22,598 nt of DNA from assembly GCF_003334815.1 (NCBI RefSeq), contig NZ_QOWO01000052.1; one strand, given 5' to 3'. A program made the position numbers and the translations under genes. The notes beneath the pieces are model-generated. The model had not been told where the DNA came from, did not search any database, and worked only from the letters and a program-made list of their open reading frames with translations. Positions 7,620-16,436 of the stretch are shown here, in pieces. Position 1 is the first letter of the stretch. Every line of letters starts with the position of its first letter. Source of the stretch: Escherichia coli. GTDB taxonomy: Bacteria; Pseudomonadota; Gammaproteobacteria; Enterobacterales; Enterobacteriaceae.

Positions 7620-7790
7620 TACTCCTGTGAGTTTTTGAGTTTACCATACTCTTTGTGTGAGTAAAGGTTAATATGAGTTTATGAGTTTATGAGTTTATGA
7701 GTTAAAGTGCATATACTCATTTGAGTTTTGTTGTGTATATGAGTATGTGAGTTTATGAGTGTGGGTGACGATGTCACATTTACTCATTAT
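7620..7790. promoter_or_regulatory. parH-like partition centromere/operator: array of degenerate GAGT/ACTC tetramers in AT-rich DNA
   Basis: Upstream of parF: ...gagtttttgagttta...actctttgtgtgagtaaa...atgagtttatgagtttatgagtttatgagtt...actcatttgagtttt...gagtatgtgagtttatgagtg...; TP228 parH is described as ACTC tetramers with AT-rich spacers. Confidence 0.7.
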
Positions 7791-7890
7791 TTGTTTTTTC
7801 GGTTCTTTTAGAGTGTGCCTTTCCTGTCGATCCACTTTCTGGTTCATTTTGGGTATAGTGGTGTGACCTTATGCGAACTGGTTCTGTAAT

Positions 7891-8535
7891 ATGACTTCAA
7901 ATGCACCAACAAACTTTGTCCGCGCTTATCTGAGAGCTTCAACAGCAGAACAGGATGCTTCGCGTGCCCTGGAAACTATCGAGGCTTTTGCCAGGGAAAG
8001 AGGCCTGATCATTTGCAGCTATTATATTGAGAATGAATCCGGTTCCCGTCTTGACCGTCCAGAACTTTTTCGTCTTCTGAGAGATTGCCAGCAAAATGAC
8101 ATTTTGTTGATCGAGGATGTGGACAGACTTTCCCGCCTGTCAGGGGAAGACTGGAATACGCTGAAGAAAATGATCCGTCAGAAAGATATCCGGGTTATGG
8201 CCGTGAACGTTCCGACCACATGGATTAATTCTGGTATGAGTGAGTTTGATAGCCGGTTGTTTGCAGCCATTAACGATATGCTGCTGGATATGTTGGCCGC
8301 TGTTGCCAGAAGGGACTATGAACAACGGCGGGAACGCCAGAAACAGGGGATAGAGAAAGCAAGGAAAGACGGCAAATATAAAGGGCGCAAACCTAATCAA
8401 GCCAGACATGATGCAATTATCAGGTTGATAGAAAGCGGCAGTTCCTGGACACAGGTACAGAAGGTACTTGGATGCAGCCGTGGCACAATAAGCTGTGCGC
8501 TAAAACGTAAATCCCGGCAATCCACCTGTGAGTAG
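7891..8535 (+). CDS. Serine recombinase (resolvase/invertase family)
   Basis: 214-aa ORF divergent from parFG; N-terminal catalytic-domain pattern (VRAYLRASTAEQD, cf. Y.RVST..Q with a presumptive catalytic Ser) and a C-terminal HTH-like segment (WTQVQKVLGCSRGTISCALKR). Confidence 0.75.
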   Translation: MTSNAPTNFVRAYLRASTAEQDASRALETIEAFARERGLIICSYYIENESGSRLDRPELFRLLRDCQQNDILLIEDVDRLSRLSGEDWNTLKKMIRQKDIRVMAVNVPTTWINSGMSEFDSRLFAAINDMLLDMLAAVARRDYEQRRERQKQGIEKARKDGKYKGRKPNQARHDAIIRLIESGSSWTQVQKVLGCSRGTISCALKRKSRQSTCE

Positions 8536-8568
8536 GGCAGGGCGAAAAGGAAGCGATTATCCTGAATA

Positions 8569-8833
8569 AGGGGTTGTATGCCGGAAACGCCGAAATTTCC
8601 GATACAGAGAATTTGTTGATTTTTACAGCATGTTTGGCAAGTTTTGACGTGTACGTTTATTGTGCAATAAGTAAGAATTTGTCCGTACCAGCTATGTGAT
8701 ACGTTACGAGCAGTGATTTTTCGCTCTAAACAGCTATTTCTTTGCTGTCCGGTTAACAGCGGTCTTGCGTACAGGTTGCCGAGCGCAAAATTTATGCATT
8801 CCGGAAATTTTGGCTGTTGCGGCTTGGAACCCC
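8569..8833. repeat. Left arm of a 265-bp inverted repeat
   Basis: 8569-8833 is the reverse complement of 11522-11786 with only a few mismatches (e.g. ...gccggaaacgccgaaatttccgatacagagaatttgttgatttttacagcatgtttggcaag...). Confidence 0.9.
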
Positions 8834-9141
8834 CTTATACATTAAGATTGACGAAATTTATCCGAACATAAGCAAATGACGGAGTTCGCGTACCTCAAAG
8901 ATGAGTTAAAGTTATTGGACTTCGAGAAGGGATGATAAAGATTTGCGTTCTTTAGAAGCGAAAAACCCCAGCAGAGCCGGGGTCCTTCAATTCTTTTGCC
9001 GGATGTGCCTTCACTAGAACCCATGAAACATGGGGGATGATTCAACACTGGCTAACGTTATGTGATTACAATAGCGTAATATAGTCTGTACGTCAATGCG
9101 CATAGAAATCGAGACAGGGTAGTCCCTGAACAGGAGATTAA

Positions 9142-10086
9142 ATGCCTCAAAGAATCAATGATTACAAACCTGTACTTTCACTACTATCAACAGCAAGGCT
9201 TGCAAGCGTTCCAGCTATCTTTAACGTACACACCGATTTGGAAAAGTATGGATTTAGTCTGTGGATCCAGAACGCAGCTGCCTCACTCTATCCACTTGTG
9301 CAGCAACTTGAATTGGTTCTCAGGAATTCGGTTGATAAAGCAGCTCGTACAAGATTTGGTGAACGGTGGTGGGATACCATCTCGTATGATACGACGAAAG
9401 ACAATCACGATAAGTTCATCAATTGCATCAGAGATGCTGAACGGAGCTTATTAAAAAAATGGAAAGCCAAAGAGGTCGCTCGCCTTGGTTTAAGCCATCC
9501 ATCGCAAATAACAACGACGCCACCAGTTTTTTCACATGATGATATTATTGCAGCGACCACATTTTCCACATGGGAGAATGTTTTTCTTGAGGCGCTTCAT
9601 ACAGACGATAACGCTAAAAAAAATGATTTCCTTTGGCCTAACTCTCTTCCAAAAGCTCTGAGAAGGCTAAGTGTAATTGATAACAAACCCGTCGAGGCTC
9701 GTCGTAAGTTATTGAATCTACTCAAAGAGATAAGAGACTACCGCAATAGACTTTTTCATCATGACTGTATCTGGATAAAAATTAAAACTGTAGATAAACA
9801 GACTGCAATTGAATCAATTCGTGAAAAAATCAATCTAATCGAAAAGATCATAACAGCGATCAGTCCTGTAACTAACCGCGCTTTGACTGCGTGGGGTATG
9901 TATGAAAATGCCCGCAGAATCTGCTCCACTGCAGAACTATCCATTTATACAAATCTTAACTATCAGGTACCAAACATAGCTACGCCAGGGCTGCTTGGTC
10001 AATTAATGCTTCAGACAAATGGTGGAAAAGAAACGGTGCCTATGATGCTGCAAAATGAGGCCTGTGTTTTCTATAAATTAAGGTGA
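9142..10086 (+). CDS. Abortive-infection candidate, Abi_2 (AbiD/AbiF-like) family
   Basis: 314-aa ORF with a strong SD (aggag 7 bp upstream); contains IRDYRNRLFHHDCIW, matching the R-N-x-x-H-H pattern I recall for AbiD/AbiF-type proteins; sits in an IS-scarred cassette. Confidence 0.5.
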   Translation: MPQRINDYKPVLSLLSTARLASVPAIFNVHTDLEKYGFSLWIQNAAASLYPLVQQLELVLRNSVDKAARTRFGERWWDTISYDTTKDNHDKFINCIRDAERSLLKKWKAKEVARLGLSHPSQITTTPPVFSHDDIIAATTFSTWENVFLEALHTDDNAKKNDFLWPNSLPKALRRLSVIDNKPVEARRKLLNLLKEIRDYRNRLFHHDCIWIKIKTVDKQTAIESIREKINLIEKIITAISPVTNRALTAWGMYENARRICSTAELSIYTNLNYQVPNIATPGLLGQLMLQTNGGKETVPMMLQNEACVFYKLR

Positions 10087-10367
10087 AAGTACATAGCTTT
10101 AGCGGAAGCGAGACGCCGCATGTCAGCGGCTACTATCAAAACAGATGATCTCCCGCTACCCATATTTTCCTGGTTCTCCCTGTCTGGCCATCAGAGTAAA
10201 CTGGTGGGGCAGGGAGGCATCTCCTTCAGGAACGGCTATCCAGCCGCAGCTTTTCAGCAACTCATTGAGCGCTTCAGCCTGCCCGCTTATTCTGGCTGGC
10301 ACTGGTAGATGATATGACCTTTATATACTCACTATAGCATTGGTGGGATATTCCAGAGGAGGTCATC

Positions 10368-11337
10368 ATGCATTCGGAAAATATTGCGGCTTACGTCGGG
10401 CTGGATGTGCATAAAGAAACGTTGGCGGTTGCTATTGCTGTACCTGAACGGCTTGGCGAAGTTCGTTATTATGGTACGATTAACAGACAGAATCAAAAAT
10501 GATCATCGGGACGCAATTTCTCTCGCCAGGTTACTGCGGGCTGGAGAACTTACCCCTGTCTGGATCCCTGAGCTGACTCATGAAGCTATGCGGGATCTAA
10601 TCAGAGCCCGTGCAGCAGCTAAACGAGACAGCAGAGTTGCCCGACAGCGAATTCTGAGCATGCTATTGCGAACAGACAAACATTATGCTGGAAAGCACTG
10701 GACAGGAAAACACCGAACCTGGTTAGCTAATCAATCATTTAGTCAGCCATCTCAACAGATTGCTTTTCAACACTATTGTCAAAGTCTGGAGCAGATTGAA
10801 GATCGCATACTTCAACTCGACCAGGAAATATCTCGCCTGTTACCTGAGTGGTCTCTGTGCAATCTGGTCTGCCAGTTGCAGGCTCTTAAAGGTGTTGGTC
10901 AGCTAATCGCAATAACCCTGGTTGCTGAACTGGATGATTTTTCGCGATTTTCCAATCCCAAACAGCTCATGGCTTTTTTGGGACTGGTGCCAGGTGAATA
11001 TTCCAGTGGAAACAGTATTCGTCCCAGAGGAATAACAAAAGTTGGAAACAGCGAACTGAGTCGTCTGCTTTACGAAGCCGCCTGGTCTTATCGTACACCT
11101 GCAAAAGTTGGTGCATGGCTTATATATTACCGACCGGATTCTGTAACACAATATTCCAAAGATATTGCATGGAAAGCTCAACAACGATTGTGTTCTCGTT
11201 ACCGAAGTCTGACAGCAAAAGGGAAAAAATCACAAGTAGCCATTACGGCGGTGGCTCGTGAGTTGACTGGATTTATGTGGGATATTGCACTTGCTGCCCA
11301 TCATCATTCAGTCAGCAGAAGCAAAATTAAACCCTGA
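10368..11337 (+). pseudogene. IS110-family transposase remnant (frameshift plus internal deletion)
   Basis: ATG at 10368 (SD aggagg) gives MHSENIAAYVGLDVHKETLAVAIAVPERLGEVRYYGTINRQNQK then a stop; the rest (NDHRDAISLARLLRAGEL...KGVGQLIAITLVAELDDFSRFSNPKQLMAFLGLVPGEYSSGNSIR...) continues in another frame; most of the N-terminal catalytic domain between the VGLDV and NDxxDA motifs is missing. Confidence 0.7.
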
Positions 11338-11521
11338 ATTTGTTTCCCTTCTTCATTGAAGGCGATGTCCAGAGCGCTTTTCAGAAGACAGATGCTGTTT
11401 ACTGATGCCGAGGTCTGGATTCGGTGCCGGCCAGTCCAGTCTCTGTTGCTAAGGGCCTGATAGACCCAGGCATGACCCATCAGGAGTTCCATGGCGTAGG
11501 TCAGCCGGAACATATCATTTT

Positions 11522-11786
11522 GGGGTTCCAAGCCGCAACCGCCGAAATTTCCGGAATGCATAAATTTTGCGCTCGGCAACCTGTACGCAAGACCGCTGTT
11601 AACCGGACAGCAAAGAAATAGCTGTTTAGAGCGAAAAATCACTGCTCGTAACGTATCACATAGCTGGTACGGACAAATTCTTACTTATTGCACAATAAAC
11701 GTACACGTCAAAACTTGCCAAACATGCTGTAAAAATCAACAAATTCTCTGTATCGGAAATTTCGGCGTTTCCGGCGTACAACCCCT
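11522..11786. repeat. Right arm of the 265-bp inverted repeat
   Basis: Reverse complement of 8569-8833. Confidence 0.9.
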
Positions 11787-11803
11787 ATCTGCGTGAAGGT
11801 CGA

Positions 11804-12262
11804 ATGTCAGCCAGGTACGCAACAAGCGCTGTTGGCGTCGACTTAGGGACCCTTCTCACGGTGAAAAGCTGGTTGCCGGCCGTCTGCATCGCGATCTGGA
11901 ATCAGCATCAGGGAAAGTACTGTGGGCACGTAAAAAAGCCCGTGTTCGCGCTATCCATTCAAAACAGCAAAGACGCTCTGTACAAATTTAGCACGGCGTA
12001 TGCGGCAATCTTCCTTCGTAGGCAAAATGGCTAAGAGCGCTTTAGACACTGGCTGGTCAATGCTCAAAAAACAACTGAAATACAAGGTGATAGCACGGTC
12101 AGGGGGGGCGTCGTAAACGACAGTTATTCCACCTAGGGTTTTTCATGCTCTCCTGGAACTGCTCATGACCCCGACGTAAACACCGAAAAGAACATTCTCG
12201 CGACGGGGCACGCCGTTCTGTCTGTGGAGGGTGGGACAGTCAGGGGGCCCGTTGAAGCATAA
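11804..12262 (+). pseudogene. Degraded TnpB (IS200/IS605-family OrfB) remnant
   Basis: Fragments across three frames: AVGVDLGTLLTV (cf. VGIDLGLK), MAKSALDTGWSMLKKQLKYK (cf. DAGWG.F...LEYKA), and AHDPDVNTEKNILATGHAVLSVEGG (cf. TnpB C-terminal DADVNAA.NIL..G); interrupted by stops and frameshifts. Confidence 0.55.
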
Positions 12263-12765
12263 ATCCATGCTTTTCAGGACGAGGGGGCTCTTAAAAGAAG
12301 TATAAGAGAATAGTTATCACATTTCAGATAATTTTCATCTTAATTATTTAACCAGATACCATGTATCAAGTATTAGTAAGAATATAAACTAGTTGATTGC
12401 ACAAGTAACAAACAAAATATGCATTAATAATACATAAAATATTGCGTGGTAATATTTTATGTATTTTTTTATTTCTAAAATATGTAAAATATTTAACTAC
12501 ATTTACAATTCATTACGCAAGGTATTTTTGTGATAAAAAACCAAAAAACAACACAATCGTAGTTGATTGTATTGCGCATTTATACTAAATTAGTGTTATA
12601 TACTAGATTGGTGTGTTATTTGTGATTTTTGTCTTTTTTATGTGTTTGTGTGATTTTTAATAAAAGCATCTTCACAGAATTAATTTTATGAATATACTTT
12701 TCGTAAAAACACAGGCTGCCCGCTTAATTATATTTCTGGCTTTTCATTAACGACGGAGCGCTGAA

Positions 12766-13077
12766 ATGGATGGTGTGGTTTCTGATTATAAATTTTTTCT
12801 AGAGGAATCTCATTGTTCGCGAATTAGGCGAGGAGTGATAAAACCCGGGATATTGACTGATGAGCAATATGAATTGCTTATTGAGTTATCTCCTGTTTAT
12901 AGCTGTAAAATAATATATGCAATGAGAGATTATCTGGTGGCGGGGCATCCGAGAAAAACTGTATGTGAAAGGCACAATGTGAGTAATGGATATCTTAGTA
13001 CCAGTTTAAAGAAACTCTACTATACGAACAGTGTAGTAATTAGATTGATGCAAATTTACAAAAGTAATCATCAATAA
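12766..13077 (+). CDS. PapB/AfaA-family fimbrial operon transcriptional regulator
   Basis: 103-aa ORF; IIYAMRDYLVAGHPRKTVCERHNVSNGYLSTSLKKL matches the PapB-family core (DYLV.G..RK.VCE....NGYFST.L..L) from memory; first gene of the chaperone-usher cluster; ggag SD. Confidence 0.75.
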   Translation: MDGVVSDYKFFLEESHCSRIRRGVIKPGILTDEQYELLIELSPVYSCKIIYAMRDYLVAGHPRKTVCERHNVSNGYLSTSLKKLYYTNSVVIRLMQIYKSNHQ

Positions 13078-13147
13078 TAACACAATTAATTGATTGCAGA
13101 TTATAAAAATCAGCCAAAGAACATTCAGATCTGGCTTCGGGGGGGGT

Positions 13148-13891
13148 ATGCTTAAAAAAATAATTTTAATTATAACAGCGACATTTTCAGTTATATCTCA
13201 TGCAACACAAATAGAAACAACCACAAGAAGTTTTAGCAGTTTTCTTGGTACAACGAGGATTGTTTTCGACTCAGACACTGACAGTTATAACTTGCCTGTT
13301 GATAACAGGCTGGATTATCCCGTTCTGGTCGAAACAAAGATAATGGATGAGAATTCTGAAAAAACATCATCAAAATATATTGCCACACCACCTTTGTTTC
13401 GTCTGGATGGCGGGCAGAAAAACACAGTTTCGATAATTAAAGTTAGTGATGATTTTGCCAAAGATGTGGAAAGTATGAACTGGGTATGTGTCAAAAACAT
13501 CCCGCCGTCTGACGGTAGCGCCTGGACGGATAATGAGTTAAATAATAAAAACAGTGTACTAAACGTCAACATCATGGTTAATAACTGCATCAAGTTAATA
13601 ATGAGACCTGCCTCATTAGAAAACATAAAAGATGCAAGTTATGGTGATAAATTAAAATGGAGCATTGACAGCGGAAAACTTACCGTTGAAAACCCAACAC
13701 CGTATTACATTAATTTTAGTGAAATCAAACTTAACGGTAAAAATATTACACCCCCAGTGTTTGTTAAACCAAAGAGTTCTTATGCTTTTGAAGATCTAAA
13801 GCAAGCTAAACAGACTGGGAATATCACCTGGCAATTACTAAATGATTTTGGTGCTAAAACTCGTGAATTTAAATCTACCGTAAGCCAATGA
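13148..13891 (+). CDS. PapD-like periplasmic pilus chaperone
   Basis: Start placed at MLKKIILIITATFSVISHA (signal peptide; G-rich SD upstream) rather than the ORF-track Met at 13094; PPLFRLDGGQKNTVSII matches the chaperone PPLFRL motif. Confidence 0.75.
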   Translation: MLKKIILIITATFSVISHATQIETTTRSFSSFLGTTRIVFDSDTDSYNLPVDNRLDYPVLVETKIMDENSEKTSSKYIATPPLFRLDGGQKNTVSIIKVSDDFAKDVESMNWVCVKNIPPSDGSAWTDNELNNKNSVLNVNIMVNNCIKLIMRPASLENIKDASYGDKLKWSIDSGKLTVENPTPYYINFSEIKLNGKNITPPVFVKPKSSYAFEDLKQAKQTGNITWQLLNDFGAKTREFKSTVSQ

Positions 13892-13910
13892 TAACAGAGA
13901 AAAGCTAATA

Positions 13911-16367
13911 ATGAAGACAAAAATAAACCCTATAGCCTATATGCTTATTGTGGCAGGCTTTTCTTATAACAATGATTTATTAGCAAAAAAAAGTGATTAT
14001 ATCTTTGATTCGGCATACGTTAATGGTAGTGACGTAACTCGCTTTAATGATGGCCAGCAATTACCTGGTAAATATCTGGTTACAGTCTCTGTTAATGAGC
14101 AGAGAAAAAAAGTTGGCAGTTACAAAGTTAACTTTGAGTACAGAGGAGAAACTCTCACCCCTGTACTCAACAAAGAAAAGCTGGCACTTTTTGGCATCAA
14201 TCCTGACAAGCTAAAGTTAACTTTATCCGGGGATGGAAATGAAATAGACTTTGACAGAAGTGATGTAAAGTTCAATTTTTCCTTTTATGGGATGAATTTG
14301 ACCCTTTATGTTCCTTCAAAGGCATTAGTGAATAAAACAAGTGAACTTGCTCATGAGTCTCAATGGGATGATGGAATTAATGCCTTCATACTCAACTATG
14401 ATGCTAAAGCCTGGCACAGGGATGTGAATTATGATTCACCTGATAATGAATCATATTATTTATCGTTAAATCCTGGTATGAATGTTGGCAGCTGGAGAGT
14501 ACGACACTCGGGCATATGGCGGAAAGGTTACGATAGAGAAAGTTCGTATCAGAAATCTTACACATATGCTGAAAGGGATATCCGGGCTTTAAAAAGCAAA
14601 ATACTTATTGGAGAAAGCAGTACTGGCTCAGATATATTCGGAAGCGTTCCCTTTAATGGCGTTAAACTGGCATCATCAGATGATATGGTTCCGTACTATG
14701 ACAGAGCGTTTGTGCCAGCGATCAGAGGCATCGCCAATAGCGTAGCGCAAGTGGAAGTGCGTCAGAACGGCTATCTGATTTACAGTACGGAAGTTCCCGC
14801 TGGCACTTTTGAACTGACGGATGTGCCAGCAGCACAGGGAGAAACGCTGGATGTAACAGTAAGAGAGGACAACGGAGCAGAGCAGCACTTCAGCGTCCCC
14901 TACAATACTCCTGCGATCTCTTTGAGAGAGGGCAGACTGAAGTACGAATTAACAGCCGGGACATACAGGCCATACTCTCGTTCGGCTAAAGATGACAGTT
15001 TTGGCCAGGCAACATTAATTTACGGCTTTAATGATACTCTTACTGGTTATACCGGATTACAGATCAGTGAGAAATATCAATCAGGTGCTGCAGGCCTTGG
15101 CTTTAATTTATATGACTACGGCGCGGCTTCAGTAGATGGCATTTATTCAAAAAATCGATATTCAGAAAACAAGACCGGAAGTGCATTCAGAGTAAGATAT
15201 AACAAGTTAATAGATACAACGAATACCTCTTTTGCTCTGGCAAGTTATCAATATGCGTCCAGGAGTTATAGTACGTTTGATGATGCTATGGAACCAGGCC
15301 AGAGTTATTCTTTCGGCAAGAGAAAAAATGACTTTAGCATCAGTATAAGACAGGAATTGTCTGATTATGGGAATCTTAACCTGTCCTATAGCAAGACTAC
15401 TTTTTGGGATAAGAAAAATGAATCTTATGCAAACCTGAACTATGACTCTTCATTATTTGGCTATGTTAGTTTTTCTCTTGGATGGAGCCGGGTACTGGAA
15501 TCTTACAGAAATACAAGAGCAAGAGAGGATATATATTCTGCCACATTCTCAATACCTTTGAGCAGGTTTACAGGCAGGAAATTAAATGCAAATATGCGGT
15601 ATCAGATAATTAATGAACGGGATAACAGTGTCAGCAATTCACTGAGTTTAAACGGAAATGCTTACGAAAACAGATTATCATGGAACGTAAGCCAGGGCAC
15701 TAACAGCAGGAATCATAACAATAACAGGACATCAGCCAATGCTTCGTTTAAACATTCGTTTGGTACCGTAAATGGAATGTATAACTACAGTCCTGTTTCT
15801 ACCCAGTTCGGCGGAGGGATGAATGGAAGTGTGATATTGCATGAGCATGGATTGACTTTTGGACAACCTGTTTATGACTCAGCTGCTCTGGTAGATACTA
15901 ACGGTGAATCAGGTATTAAAATCACCAACAAATCCGGTGTACAGACAGATAATAATGGATACGCTGTAGTAACGCCTCTGAATACTTACAGGATGAATGA
16001 CATTAGTATAAAACAAGCCAGGTTACAGAGTAAGTCTGACTTTAAACAGACAGTAACTTCTGTAGTACCAACAAGCAAAGCTCTTGTTTATGCAGGTTTC
16101 AAATCTGTAACAGGTGAAAAAGGGTTATTTAAACTTAAGGACAAAAATGACAAACCACTCCCCTTTGGAGCGATGGTATCTGTAATTGATCAGGATAACG
16201 CAGGCGTAATTGGTGATGAAGGTCAGGTATATTTAAGTGGTTTAAAGGAAAGTGGTGTTATTAAGGTGCGCTGGGGTAGTGGTATTAATCAGACATGCAG
16301 TATTCCATATGCACTTGGAAATAAAAATTCGGCGGGACTATATGTCTCCACCTTTAGATGCCAGTAG
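13911..16367 (+). CDS. Outer-membrane fimbrial usher
   Basis: 818-aa ORF; FNDGQQLPGKYLVTV and LASSDDMVPYYDRAFVPAIRGIANSVAQVEVRQNGYLIY match FimD-type usher segments ([51 protein letters not shown]) from memory. Confidence 0.85.
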   Translation: MKTKINPIAYMLIVAGFSYNNDLLAKKSDYIFDSAYVNGSDVTRFNDGQQLPGKYLVTVSVNEQRKKVGSYKVNFEYRGETLTPVLNKEKLALFGINPDKLKLTLSGDGNEIDFDRSDVKFNFSFYGMNLTLYVPSKALVNKTSELAHESQWDDGINAFILNYDAKAWHRDVNYDSPDNESYYLSLNPGMNVGSWRVRHSGIWRKGYDRESSYQKSYTYAERDIRALKSKILIGESSTGSDIFGSVPFNGVKLASSDDMVPYYDRAFVPAIRGIANSVAQVEVRQNGYLIYSTEVPAGTFELTDVPAAQGETLDVTVREDNGAEQHFSVPYNTPAISLREGRLKYELTAGTYRPYSRSAKDDSFGQATLIYGFNDTLTGYTGLQISEKYQSGAAGLGFNLYDYGAASVDGIYSKNRYSENKTGSAFRVRYNKLIDTTNTSFALASYQYASRSYSTFDDAMEPGQSYSFGKRKNDFSISIRQELSDYGNLNLSYSKTTFWDKKNESYANLNYDSSLFGYVSFSLGWSRVLESYRNTRAREDIYSATFSIPLSRFTGRKLNANMRYQIINERDNSVSNSLSLNGNAYENRLSWNVSQGTNSRNHNNNRTSANASFKHSFGTVNGMYNYSPVSTQFGGGMNGSVILHEHGLTFGQPVYDSAALVDTNGESGIKITNKSGVQTDNNGYAVVTPLNTYRMNDISIKQARLQSKSDFKQTVTSVVPTSKALVYAGFKSVTGEKGLFKLKDKNDKPLPFGAMVSVIDQDNAGVIGDEGQVYLSGLKESGVIKVRWGSGINQTCSIPYALGNKNSAGLYVSTFRCQ

Positions 16368-16436
16368 TTTCTGTTTGCTTTAATCCCGGGTAAACAGAAT
16401 AGCCAATTGGGATGATCAACTAAACATGAGGTTAAA

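Noticed and set aside
7620-7790. Tandem gagtttat repeats considered as a minisatellite or CRISPR-like array
   Set aside because: Position directly upstream of parF and the GAGT/ACTC tetramer periodicity fit a parH-type centromere/operator.
8876-8938. 20-codon ORF (MTEFAYLKDELKLLDFEKG) upstream of the Abi-like gene, considered as a leader peptide
   Set aside because: Too short to evaluate, no clear ribosome-binding site, and it overlaps an equally unsupported minus-strand ORF; not callable from sequence alone.
11304-11642. ORFs 11304-11642 (-) and 11424-11621 (+) inside or next to the right inverted-repeat arm
   Set aside because: They overlap each other and the repeat arm, and the mirrored copy on the left arm yields a different ORF (8842-9048); most likely non-coding repeat DNA.
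11804-12034. 76-aa ORF taken at face value as an intact gene
   Set aside because: It is one frame of a TnpB-like remnant whose other conserved blocks continue in different frames after stops, so it is a pseudogene fragment.
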